From Octopus bimaculoides (Eukaryota), in contig NC_068981.1 of the NCBI RefSeq assembly GCF_001194135.2, positions 191,035,555-191,099,554 of the forward strand: 64,000 bases of DNA, written 5' to 3'. A program made the position numbers and the translations under genes. The notes beneath the pieces were generated by a model, which searched no databases, was not told the origin of the DNA, and saw nothing but the letters and a program-made list of their open reading frames with translations. Position 1 is the stretch's first letter; each line of letters starts with the position of its first letter. Positions 40,241 through 53,489 of this stretch are shown here, one piece after another.

Positions 40241-42232
40241 CAACATACAGCAGTGTAACACTAGTGTATTTGTTTTTAGAATGCTCAAACTCTACCAACA
40301 ACCAGACTATCATGCTAACTTTCAATATTTCAAAAATGTTTGTCTCAAACAACCATGTTTCAAGATCCTAATTTCCATAGTTGTGTGTGTGTTAGTGTTA
40401 GTGTCTCTGTGTCTTGACATCACAGGAAGGTTGTAAAACAAGCTTCAGTATCATAAAATGGGTGTCCTTCATTTCCAATTTTCCATGAAAGCATATTCTG
40501 GCCATGGAAATATTATTTTGCTTGGAAACAGGTAGAGATTAGGGACAGGAAGGGCATCCAAATTCAGAAAAACTGTCTCAATGAAATCCTTCTGCTCCAT
40601 ATGAGCAGAGAAAAGTAGATGTTAAAATGACGACGGTGATGATGACATACATCAATTCAGTTCTTAGGTAGAATTAGTATGACACAACTGTTAGAATGCT
40701 GGATATTGGAATTACATCTACAGCCCTTCCGATGGGCTATCTGTACAGTTTCTATCAACCCAGCATCACTCACAAGTCTCAGATCAATTCTATGGTAGAG
40801 ATTCTTGCCCAAGATGCCAAGCAATGAAATCAGACTTTCATATCTCAGTTGCAATGCAAACTTGGCCAAACCTTTATCTAACCCAATAAACCATTTATAA
40901 ACCTCTTCAAATAACATTGGGTGTATACAACTATGTCTTCAAGCACCAGCAGTGTATAGAACTTTATATACATATGTCCCCAAATTCATAGAGTAATTTA
41001 TTTTGAAACAGAGTGGATTTCGTTTTATCAGGAAAGAGGTTTCGGGGCCATGACATTTATAGATCTTATTAATGATGGCAGTGTTTATTTTTAGTAAGCC
41101 TTGGACTTAGATAAGACGACATCACAGCAGCATTCATAAGAACATGTAAAACTAAATTAACACAATTAATGAAATGTCAAGTTACTTTGGTTGCAATATT
41201 TTAATATCATCTCAGAGCAGCTCCTTTAAGGCCTTCCATAATAGAATTCACATGATAATGTTTCCATAACAAGATTTGGCAGTTGGTATATGAGAAACAT
41301 TATCTAACACACCGTAGAGCATATGAATTAATTCATTCTGTATATAAATAGTCTTGCTTGAAAACAGATTTGGCATTATAACATCAAAGTTGATTAAGAC
41401 CAAATTGCATTAAAACCATGATCTTATGGTATTTAGACTCCAGGGTTTTGGGGGGTTTTTTCTAGAGTTATTATAGAGCAAAGCTCTATATAATGTATTC
41501 TTGTAGAAAATTAACACTGCTAATATTCCATTGAGACTAACTTAGCTGAAGAGAAAGTGAGGCAGTGAGATGATTTGAAAAGTCAGAGAATATTCAGGTA
41601 TCCCATTCTTATTTCTTAACTTCTTACATAAGAAATTACTAATTGAAATCATCATCATTAACATCATCATCACCATCTTCATTTAATGTCCACTTCTCTT
41701 TGCTTGCATGGGTCACACAGAATTTATTGTGGCAGGTTTTCTATTACTGGATGCTCTTCCTTTCAATATTATCGGCTGTTCCCAAACAAGTTGGCTAGCC
41801 ATGTTTTTCATGGAAGATTGGAAATGAACCACCTTGTAAGGTAATGATACACCTTTACAATGATCACATGGCATCAAGACAAGAGTAATATACACACACT
41901 CACATACCAAGGTACTATATAGGTTACATATAGCATGCCATCATACCCTAACACTGTGTGAACTGAGACTTCTATTGACAGGCCCCTGATATTTAAAAAT
42001 AAAGTGTTAATACTTATACAAATTAGTTTCCCCAGTTTTCTGTAGCTACTGTAATCGTTGAGTATATAAACAGATTGGCTGCTTGCTTTTATGGGGTTGG
42101 AGAAATTGATGTAGACACCTCTGATGAGAATCTAATAAAATTCAAAAAGTGATTAAAGTAGTTCATCATTTTTTCAATCTTCCAGAAACAGCTAAATCAG
42201 CCATTTCTAAAGGTACTATATATATAAGTTAT

Positions 42233-42265
<33 letters not shown>

Positions 42266-42544
42266 CAACAGGCTTCTTTCAATTTCCATCTACCAAATTC
42301 TCTTAGCCAGCTTTGGTCAGCGGGGGGCTATGCAGTAAGACCGAACCTGAGGTCATATGGTTGGGAAGCAAGCATCATAACCACACAGTCAAGCCCTCAC
42401 TGTAGGAAAGCTTTTAGTTAATAAAAATCTCTATCTCCACCTGAATATGTGCAGATATTCAGGTAGTTAATCATCCTTGATCATCTGAAAAATTATCTGT
42501 AAAAAAATTCAAGTGGTTCTCCTTTAGCTGTACAGTAACTTTAC

Positions 42545-42680
42545 AAATGATCAGAGGGGTACAAATATCCTTCATCTGGTATATCATATTCCTCTTCATT
42601 GTTTCCTGTAGTATTTTGAAATATAATCAATTTGTTTATTTCTGCTTCTCTTTCACTTGCATAGGCAGAAGGCAACTCCA
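42545..42680 (-). CDS. Candidate coding exon (acidic)
   Basis: ggtacctttag| ELPSAYASEREAEINKLIIFQNTTGNNEEEYDIPDEGYLYPSDH then |gtaaag, or read through to the stop at 42541-42543. Confidence 0.35.
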
Positions 42681-42714
42681 CTAAAGGTACCCAATACATT
42701 AGATAAAGTGGGTA

Positions 42715-43287
42715 GTGGATCAAGTGGAAACAATGCAAATCGCCACCAAGGCAACACTAACCTCCTCTCAACAATTAGTTGGAGATGATGTTTAAAATGG
42801 GAATATCTGAAATAAACTTGACTGCTCTCACAAATGAGAATACTAAAAATTAACCTGATTGCTTTAAAAAATTAAGTAAAAAAAAGACGGAAAAATAATC
42901 CAGAATCCTTGTCCGGTACCTGATCGATCCCAATGGTAGTCATGGAATGTGAAGGTGGCTGTAGTAACAGTAATGAATAGTTTATCCTTCTCTAATACAA
43001 GCCAAAGTTAAATTCACCATTTAAAATAGTTACAGCCTAAGGCGAGATAATTGGGAAAGACTTGAAAGTTAGCATAAGATCGTAATCATGTAAAGTAAAT
43101 ATAACAAATAATCCAGAATCCTCGTCCGGTACTGGATCAATCCCAAAATCTAATCAGTTCGTGCCAGTCATCCCTGAAAGTTTCATCTGAATCCATCCAG
43201 TGGTTCTTGAGATATCTTGTCCACGGACAAACAAACAAATGCAACTGGAAACAATACCCCCGCCTTTGCTAAGGCAGAGGTAATAAA
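42715..43287. mobile_element. HINE/Helentron-like non-autonomous element
   Basis: Terminal hairpin ccccgcctttgctaaggcagaggtaataa, caaacaaac tract, gtccggtac..gatc motifs, similar gcc-accaagg motif at the other end. Confidence 0.5.
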
Positions 43288-44714
43288 TCAACACTTTCTT
43301 TTTTTTGCTATAAAACCTATTTTGTTTAAGAACCATTTCAGTTTGATTCAACCATTATACCAACTTAGTGAATATTCTTCCTTGTTTTAAAAGTTATTCA
43401 TTTTTACGTTATTCTTGTTGCTGCCTTATTTTGTTTTTAATCAAAAGTTTCTACGAATGGAATTTAAGATTTATTCTAATGCAATTTAGTTTTGGCTCAG
43501 GCAATTGATCAGAAATAGACTTCAGGTTATTCATTAACTGTTGAAATACTTTGCCAACAAATCTTCATTAGAAACCAGGACCTTGAACCCGAGATTAATG
43601 CAATCTAGAAGCTTACTTAACAGTGATTTAGAGTTACAAGGTTTAATTTTGATTTGGGTGACGGAGGGCATATTGCAATGAGAAATGATTAAAATGTTCC
43701 ATTATATTGGTAAATTGGATTCCTCGCATTTAGTTACGTGTTTCTAAATGTTCTAATGACTGATCTAAAAAACATTTTTATACTCTTAAATTTAGGTTTA
43801 TTGCTGATCATATTTTCATAGATTTCCTCTTGAAATCTCAAATCTATGAAAAATTAATAGCGAAATAAGCATTTCAATTAATAATGACTTATTGATGTGT
43901 ATAATGGATAAATAAAATTATCTTTTATCTTTTACTTATTTCAGTCATTAGACAGCAGTGATTCAAATAAATCAACTTCCCAAATACTTTTTCTATTTTT
44001 AAGCCAGGTACAAACTGCAAAGTTACATGAAATGTAAACACACACACACTCATGTATATACATGATGGGCTTCTTTCAGTTTCCAAATCCATTCACAAAA
44101 CTTTGGTCAACCCAAGGCTATAATAGAAGACACTTGCCCAAAGTGCATGCAGTAGGTCTGAACCCAGTACCATGTGGTTGGTAAGCAAACTTTTTACCCC
44201 ACACCCCATGCTTGCACCTGCATGAAAGTTGACCTTGAAGGGATTTGAACTCTAAGCACAAATAGTTGTGATGCTATGAGGAGGTATTAATGCTTTAATG
44301 ACCAAATCATTGTCTCTATTTTAACATCCATCTTTGCCTGGATCAGAGGGAATACACTGAGGCAGATTTTTTATGGTCTGATGACTTTCCTATCACCAAT
44401 TCACTGTTTCCAAGTAAGGTCATATTTATTCCTTGCCAGACATGTCCCCATGGAAGATTAGAAATGAAACATACTGCTTGTATGATGGTGACATTTATTT
44501 ACAATTATCATGCCATGTCAAGATAAGGAGACACACAACACACAGAATGGGTTTCATGTGTGTGTATGTGTATATATATGAAATATATAGAAATGGTGTA
44601 CTCCGAATGAAGAAGGTGATGTAATCCAATGGTAGAAAGACTTCCACAAATTAGGGACTCCAAAGCCATTCAGAAGGACAGGGCTCCATGTGAGCATGTG
44701 GTAAATAGTTAACT

Positions 44715-45020
44715 AAAAAAAAAAACGAGAAAAGAAAGACAAGAAAAATACAATACGAGGATGTAGTACATGCAAAGTATTAACGAGACACTCAGAGAAG
44801 GAAAGAAAGAGTGGTTTTTTTTGTTTTGAGCTAAACTTTTCTTTGGAAAAGAAGGAAAAAAGGAAGGAGGAGGAAAAAAATCACCAATAATTCATGTGTA
44901 GCTACATGGAAAGTTAAAAGAAAATAACCACCCTTTCTTTCCTTCTCTGGGCATCTTTATAATACTTTGCATGTACTATGTCCTTGCATTGTTGGTTTTT
45001 TGTTGTCTTTTTTCTGTTTT
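44715..45020. mobile_element. Fold-back of the Penelope-like terminal family
   Basis: gtacatgcaaagtatta...gaaggaaagaaagagtggtt / aaccaccctttctttccttc...taatactttgcatgtac. Confidence 0.65.
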
Positions 45021-45060
45021 TTTAATTAACTATATATATATTATATACATATATATATAT

Positions 45061-45510
45061 CATCATTTAATGTCTGTTGTCCATGCTGGCATGGGTTGGA
45101 CAATTTGACCAGGGCTGGCAAGTTGGAAGGCTGTACCAGACTCCAGTCTGATTCAGCATGATTTTCTATGGCTAGAGGCCCTTCCTAACACCAATCACTC
45201 TGAGAGTGTAATGGGTGCTTTTATGTGACACTGGCACGAGTGCCATTTGCGTGGCACCAGTATCTGCCACAACTGCAATTTTACTTGGCTTGATGGGTCT
45301 TCTTCTCAAGCATGACATAATGCCAAGGTCTCGGTCATTCATCATTGCCGCCATGAGGCCCAACACTTGAAAGGAGCTTTTCACATGCCACTGGCATCAG
45401 CCACTGGCATCAGCCACTGGCATCAGCCACTTCCCCTCCGTGAGGCCCAATGCTCAAAAAGGTGCTTTTTACATGCCAGTTACATGACATCAGCATTGGC
45501 CATGGCTACG
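45061..45510 (-). mobile_element. Long RTE-tail copy with internal (ccactggcatcag)x3
   Basis: Family tail plus extended upstream UTR. Confidence 0.7.
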
Positions 45511-46099
45511 ATTTCACTTACATACAACAGGCTTTTATCACTTTCCGTCAACCAAATCCACTCTGAAAGCTTTGGTCAAACCAGAGCTATAGTAGAAGAC
45601 ACCCAATGTGCCATGTGTTTGGGAAGTAAATTCTCAACCACGCAGCCACATCTACACATATTAAATTAAAGCTGAATCATATTTCCGTAACATGGCATGA
45701 TTTAAGATTGCAGGTGATGTGTGTGTGTGTTGCAATTTGCAATTGAATGAGTTTAATCATAATCTAAAATTTATGTGATTTGTTTCATGTCTTCCCCATT
45801 ACTGCACTCTCTGTTAATTGATAAGAAATTCCTAATTAACCAGACATTTTAGTAAAAGCCATCCTCATGTTGATAGTTAAAATATTCCAATGGCTTGTGT
45901 AGCATAAAATTTATCAGACTTTCAGAGAGACATTACGATGAATCTGTTTTTAAATTTTAACATAAAAGTTCTCTTTGAGAGATTTTTACTATCAATGTTT
46001 TTTTGTTTTTTTTTAATTTCATGCTTTTGGGGAGTAAAAAAACATTATTTACTTTCAGTACTTAGTCGTGATCTTGGTTGGCTTGTATATTGGACAGTG

Positions 46100-46455
46100 A
46101 AATGTCCACAATCATCCCAGCTTCAAGCATAGTCCCCTGCATCTTTGCAGGTGGTGCTAAGTTGCTTCAAATCTTCTCTGAAGGTGGTTGTGTCCTTATT
46201 GGATCTTCCTGTCTACTTTTGTCTTTCTGGTGGTATCCATTGTATAGCTTGGGGATTTGTTCTTCTGACAGTTGGAAGACATGACCTGCAAGTCTTGATC
46301 CACAATCTCCTAGCAGATCAATACAATGCCAATGATACCGTGCTCCTGGCAGAGTCATGCTCAGTACTCCAGCAAATGATGATCAGATTGGCTGAAGAGG
46401 AAGCAAAGGTAGGCCTAAAGACCAGCTCTGAGAAAATCAAGGTGATATAGGCCAG
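46100..46455. mobile_element. Degraded RTE LINE with internal inversion
   Basis: Plus 46290-46450 ...YNANDTVLLAESCSVLQQMMIRLAEEEAKVGLKTSSEKIKVI (YADD to KTKVM region); minus about 46290-46100 AIQWIPPERQK*TGRSNKDTTTFREDLKQL (RTE W-x-P..GRP..DL end). Confidence 0.7.
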
Positions 46456-47324
46456 TGAGTAAGGTGAAACACAAATATTTGTGAATCAAGAACTCATTGG
46501 ATTAGTAACGATGCTACAACATTAATTATAAAGATTTACCATCCTCTTAGAAGATCTTGGCAACTTGGTATTTTTAATAACCTTCTCCGTGTTTTTTCTT
46601 TCTTCACTTTTGCATCCGTTTCTCTATGTTGGAAGTATCTTACAGCCATATTAACCTATTTGTGCTCACAACATGCAAAGCTACCTACCACACGTGTTTG
46701 TGGTTGACATAAACATGGTATCATTGTTTTGCTCAAGCTGTGTCATGCAAACCTATGTAGAATGTAAACACATACATATTATATACACACGTGTATGTCT
46801 TGCTCTTTTGTAATTAATTAATTAAATTTTTGCTCTGCACTGCTGTTGTGGTTTAGATGAGAGGATAACTGAAAGTTCACATTAGCTCAGTCAGGTCTTA
46901 TGGATACCAAACCTACATATATTAAGCTGTAGCAACTGCTTATTAACCCCACTGAATAAAAAGGCAAATGGGGGTTAAATAGATAAAGCTGAATACTGTA
47001 AGTCATTTGGATCTACACTGTTGTGCAGCAATTCGGGCAAATGTCTTCTTCTGTAACTGCTGCCAAATTCTGTTCAGCAATGTCTTCAGAGTGGAATTTA
47101 GTAGGCAGAAACTATGCAGCTGTCCACTGTGTGTATATAAGTATCTATATATCACCATCATCGTCATCATCATTCAACATCTGTTTTCCATATTGGTGTG
47201 GGTTGGACAATTCCACAGGAACTGGAAAGCCAGGAGACTGCACCATTCCCTGCTGTCTCCTTTGGTTTGGCATGGTTTCTATGACTGGATGCCCTTCCTA
47301 AGATATATATATGTGTATATAGGT

Positions 47325-47447
47325 ATAGAAATAGCTGTGTGGTTAAGTAGTTCGGTTCCCAACCGCATGGTTTGAGTTTAGTCCCACCGTGTGGTACCTC
47401 AGGCAAGTGGATTTAGTAGATGGAAACTGAGAGAAGACTTTCATATA

Positions 47448-47500
<53 letters not shown>

Positions 47501-47690
47501 GTGTCTTTATCTTGACATCACATTACAGTTGCAAGCAGTGCCATTCATTTCTGTAAAACCATGTCTAGTGTAATGACCTTATTTGGACACAAGTTAGTGT
47601 TGGGAACAGGAAATGCATCCTGTCATAGAAAATCTGCTTCAATGAATTCTGCCTGAACTATGCATGGAAAACTCAATTTTAAGATGACGA
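47325..47690 (+). mobile_element. SINE family D
   Basis: Head + (TG)n + RTE-type tail. Confidence 0.65.
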
Positions 47691-47790
47691 GGAGTGGCGG
47701 ATGCATATGTGTGTGTGTTTGTTTACCAGATAAAAACCAGTGTTGGTGCCCCTCTGTATCAAATATATAATTTAGACAATCAATGAATAG

Positions 47791-48200
47791 AAAAAGTGCC
47801 ACACCCTAACAGTTGAGGGAACCCGTGGAAGAGGTAGGCCCAGGAAGACCTGGGCTGAGGTGGTGAGGCAAGACCTTCGTACATTGGGCCTCACCGAGGC
47901 GATGACTACGGACCGAGACCTTTGGAAATGGGCTGTGCGTGAGAAGACCCGGCAAGCCAAGTAAGATCGTTGCCAGTGCCCCTGGACTGGTTCTTGTGNN
48001 NNNNNNNNTGCGGGTGACACGTAAAAGCACCCACTACACTCTCTGAGTGGTTGGCGTTAGGAAGGGCATCCAGCTGTAGAAACTCTGCCAAATCAGACTG
48101 GAGCCTGGTGTTGCCATCCGGTTTCACCAGTCCTCAGTCAAATCGTCCAACCCATGCTAGCATGGAAAGCGGACGTTAAACGATGATGATGATGATGATG
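47791..48200 (+). mobile_element. Young 5'-truncated RTE LINE (ORF C-terminus + 3' UTR + (GAT)n)
   Basis: 47791-47964 KKCHTLTVEGTRGRGRPRKTWAEVVRQDLRTLGLTEAMTTDRDLWKWAVREKTRQAK* with no disablement and CpGs kept; continues into the most common repeat of the window. Confidence 0.9.
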
Positions 48201-48929
48201 AAAATAAACAGACTGTACAAAAACTGGGGTGTGACAGAAAGCAATAAAAATATCAAAAATATTTTCTCTTTTATGATGAATTTCTTGTAGCAAGTCTGAA
48301 AATATTTTTATTCCAGTTCTTTTTAGTAGTTTGCAATTTTCTCTCTTGCAATAAACATCCATCTTCATTCGAATCTATGTTATGTTCATCTTATTCTTCA
48401 CTACACCTTAATCCTAACATGATTCTGCCACTAAAATCCTCTGTTCAACAGTCTGCCAATTCAACAAAAAGAGAACTCCAAACTGATTCCGATACAAATA
48501 ATCTATTAAATGTCTTTCTCTTGTTGTTGTTGTTAACAGTTTGATAGAAAGGAAGCCTTACAAAGGATTCTCTGCAATAAAAACTGAGTCAACTATATAG
48601 AAGTTTCCAGAAGCACTGAACTAACATTTTGTTTTGAATGAATCATGCATTATCTCATATCTTCACGATTTCATTCTTCTGATTGTTTACTTTTAGAATG
48701 ACATTGCAGGGTGGATGTGAGAGGCCAAATCTGGCTGGTTTGAACATTAAACAAGTAGAATATTTGGGCATTATGTAGCTGGTTTAAATGCTAAAAGGGT
48801 TAAACAATTTATATTCTATTTTTTTGTTTTACAAAATATGCAATTTTGATATTCTGAATATATATCTCATATAAACATCTACCTTATGCAGTTTCATCAC
48901 AGTAATGACGACAAGGTTAAAGAGTATCA

Positions 48930-48949
48930 GATAATAATAATAATAATAA

Positions 48950-49012
<63 letters not shown>

Positions 49013-49030
49013 GATGATAATAATAATAGC
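48930..49030. repeat. (TAA)n/(GAT) microsatellite
   Basis: Direct reading. Confidence 0.95.
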
Positions 49031-50399
49031 AGAAAAGAATTAACTTCAATGAAAATTCTCGTATGTTTTTATTTGCAATTCAATATTATTGTATATTGAT
49101 TCCAAAGAAATTATTTCCATCAAAAGCATACAGAAATGCTGAAAAAGTTAAAAACAACATTCCTGATATTTGATATTATTGATTATGAAGTACCATCACC
49201 TTTAATGTTGCACGGTTATTCTGCTCTCTAAATTATATTAATGCAGTATATATATTTTCCTTTTTTTACCAACATTTATACTTTATACATCCGCATTAGA
49301 AAATGATATCAGTTTGATGTAAAGTTTCATATTAATATAATTTCCTTCAACTTTGCGATGTATATGTACATTTAAATTTATGCAAATGTTGGCAATTAGC
49401 ATAAGGTATAGTAATGGCTCAAAAATACTTAGTCCCTTTGTGGAACTATTTAATAACAAGGAATACTCACTTGCTGTGATTATTGTTTAACCCAAAGTGA
49501 ACACTAACTGAGCTGGTCGAAGATATGGCCAGAGGCCTTCCAGCCATGACCAGCTGATCTACTAACCCAAAACTGACTGCTGTCTGCTAAATACTTCTTT
49601 ATGCAAGATGAAAGGATGAGAGTTGAAGGAGATTTGGCTGCTATTTCTAGCAGACTGAAAGACCACATAGATGGTCTCTCGTTAGCTCAATATCACACCT
49701 TTGTAGTTTCTATGACTGTTAATTAGCAAAATGCCATACTTAACCTCTGTAACTGCATCTAGTTTACATTTTATTTTTATCTTGCAAACAAACATAATTT
49801 TCAAATAATTCAAAGATATTGATTTCTTTTTTTTTTTTATCCAACCATTCCATCACACTACAGCCATATATTTTATAACTTAAACTATGTCATTCAAATT
49901 TCTATCTTGTGACAACCATGTTATTTTTAATGGTAGTTTTATTATATGAATTTCATATATACCACCATGCATATATAAATATATATATATATTCATATAT
50001 ACAACCATACATATATATATATATTCATATATACCACCATATATATATATATATATATAACAATATATTATAAATTAACTACCAACAAAAATAATTGGTA
50101 AGCTATATATATATATACCACCATACATATATTTATATATACATATATATATCTTTGTGGCACTCCGTTGGTTATGACAACAAGGGTTCCATTTGATCCA
50201 ATCAATGGAACAGCCTGCTCATAAAATTAACATGCAAGTGGCTGAGTACTCCATAGACACATGTACCCTTAACATAGTTCTCGTGGAGATTCAGCATGAC
50301 ACAGAGTGTGACAAGGCTGGCCCCGTTGAAATACAGGTACAACAGAAACAGGAAGAGCCTCGTGAAGCTTTAGGTGTTCTTGCTCAATAAATTCTATGC

Positions 50400-50577
50400 C
50401 CAGATGCCCTTCCTACCACTGACCCTCACCTATTTCCAAATAAGGTAATATTCCCTGTCCCATGACCCAACTTGTTTTCCACACAAAAAAAACTGTTAAG
50501 AACATCGCTTGTATGATTGTAATGCTCATTTACAACCATCACATGATGTTAAGACAATGTTATACATATATGCACAA

Positions 50578-50615
<38 letters not shown>

Positions 50616-50795
50616 CTATATATATATATATATATATATATGATGGGCTTCTTTCAATTTCCATCAACCAAATCCATTCACAAGGCATAGGTTGACTCGG
50701 GGATATATAAGACACTTGTCCAAGGCATTGCACAGTGGGACTGAATCCAAGAGCACATGACTGCAAAAACAAGTTTCTTACTCAGCCTCAACCAC
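50400..50795 (-). mobile_element. SINE family D
   Basis: Tail, (CA)n(TA)n, core and head. Confidence 0.65.
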
Positions 50796-53489
50796 ATCTG
50801 TGCCTTTCTCACAGCTAATTAACATGTAATATCTCATTATCAAAATCGTAAGACCGAATTGTTAACCTGTCAGGCAAACTGCTTAGTGGCATTTTGTCCT
50901 TCTTTATGTTCTGAATTCAAATTCTATTGAAGTCAATTTTGCCTTTCATCTCCTGAAGGTGAATAAGATAAGGACTGGGGCTGATGTTTTTGTCTTACCC
51001 CCTCCCCCAAACTTGCTGGCCTTGTGCCAGAATTTGAAACTAATATTTCATCATCAACATTTCTTAATTTTTTTTTTTTTTTTGTATTTAATCTTGCCAT
51101 TTCTTACCTCAAAATTTCTTTACAAAATTGTTATGTCCAGAGAACTTTCCATCTTTGTGTTACCTCGTAACTCATGTTGACATGTCTCAGCAAGGGAGCT
51201 GATACAGGGTTGCACAGTCTGTTTGAAACAGTAGTGAAATCTCCTTCAGATCACACCCCACCTGCTTACAAAACAAGAGAAAGAAAGAAAGAAAGAAAGA
51301 GAGAGATATAGAAAGGATGGTCACTGCTAGGATGTGTTTGATCATTGGTATGGTCAGGGCTGACCTGAGACCAAGCAGCAATAACAACAAACTACTGAAG
51401 ATCTTACACATCTATTAAATATTACTTTATCCTTCTTCCTCTGCCTTTATTACTATTATATCTTGCAGATATATCAACTATATCCCTTTCATATTCATAG
51501 AATCTCTTTATTGCCAGACTAAATCTTCTCATAATCAATAAAGCCATTTTTTTAGTGATAGCATTAAATTCCCACCCAAGTCTATCATATTTCCTAGGTA
51601 ACAGAATTTATCTACTTTTTTTTTTTTACTTTTTCGCAGTATTTGGTGGGCACTCTGGAAATATAAATAAAAATTTATTGTTGCCATTCTTAACAAAATG
51701 AAAGATTTAATATGAAACAGAAATAAATCACACATTTAGTATGATATAAACGCTTAACTGTTAGGAATATCTGCAGTAATTTCTCTCTCGTGATGAATCC
51801 ATTTACGAAAGAGGGTTTCTGGGATTCTGCAATCAATAGCTTTTATTGATGTTTCTAATTCTTTTTATTCTACCAGCCAGAACTATACAATGGACTAACC
51901 TACAAACTCATTAGAATATGAGCAAATAATATTCCTATTATTTCTTTATCACACACCAAACACAATACACTAAGCTATAAGTGAACAATGGTTCTGTTAT
52001 AGCTTCTGTTATTGCTTCCACAACTTCTTTTCCTTTCCAGTAGTTAAGCACCCAATTGTATGTTAATCTAATTCGTATTACCACGCTTACATCTAGTTTT
52101 GTTTAAGATGCTGGTACATCATGTATAACTTTCTGTTGGTGGATTTGAACTCTGCCCTGCAATCCACCAATCAGTTGTTAATTCTTCAGTGTTGCTGTTC
52201 TCATTTGAGTAATCTATTTAAAAATTTATGGATATTTGTTTTGGCCAGGCGAAGGACAATACAGTGACAATGATAGTAACAAGGTGTGGGCCACAGACTC
52301 GTTGATTTGCTTACCCTCCTCCTTATCATCATCATCACGATCATTTAACATGCATTTTCCATACCGGCATGGGTTGGATTGTTTGGCAGGATCTGATGAG
52401 CCAGAGGACTGTGATATGCTCCACTCATTGCTTTGGTATGGCCTCTACCTCTTTCAGTACCATGCCTCTCTCTTCATCAAGGAGTCTTGTCTTGTGAGTC
52501 ACATGGTGAACTCAATAGTGCCAGTGATACAAAAATATCCTATAAAGTGATTGGGGTTAGGGTTAGGTGTAGAAAACATCTTAAAACAGACATTGGAGCT
52601 CAACACAGCCCTCTGAGCTGTCAGATCCTGTCAAACTGTCCATCCCATATCGTCATAGAACATGGACACTAAATTATCATTATTATTATTATTATGATCT
52701 CCAGTCATAATATTGGTGTTAGATATTGCACAACTATCATAATATCTGTATATTGTGTATATTATGCTATCCCTCTATCCAGTTCCAAAACCTATTTATT
52801 CCAGTACTTTTCAGGTGATCTTTAAATACAAACAAAACTCATCACTAAAGTAGAATTTTACTGCTTTTGGACATGAGAAACAGCTTCTCGGGGAAAAACA
52901 TTGAATAAAAGAAATAATGGAAACACTGAAGCAGCAAATGTATAAATATTTATAGAGTAATTTACGGAATTATATTCTCTTATTTCAATATCCAGTTACC
53001 CTTTATAGCTATGTTTATATTTCTTTGATATAAGAAACGGAATGAACACAGTTCTAATTTCATTGTTGCGATTCATTTTTGAATCATAAACTATCAGCTT
53101 TCATCAATAGAATAATAATTTAATTGTTTATGGTGTTGCTTTTTACCTTTGTTCTTTTATAATTGTAAACCTCCAAACTGATGATTGAGTGTCATGAAAT
53201 GTACAGTTTACCTGATTTCACTCTATAAATAGTTATGTAATTTGAAGGTTTTTATAGAAACACCCAACGAACTGGCTTCATTGTCCACACTTAACACCAT
53301 CTAACTGCTTTTCATCTTGACCTCTATTTATTTTCTGAATGTATATTTTACATAATATAAATCATTTACGCTCTATCTCACTTTTTTCCCCCTATCAATT
53401 ATTCAGATAATATTTTTCTGATACAATATCTTTATAACCATGCCATCAGAATAAGAGAATTTTGAAACTCCTGCTTATCATTATTATAT

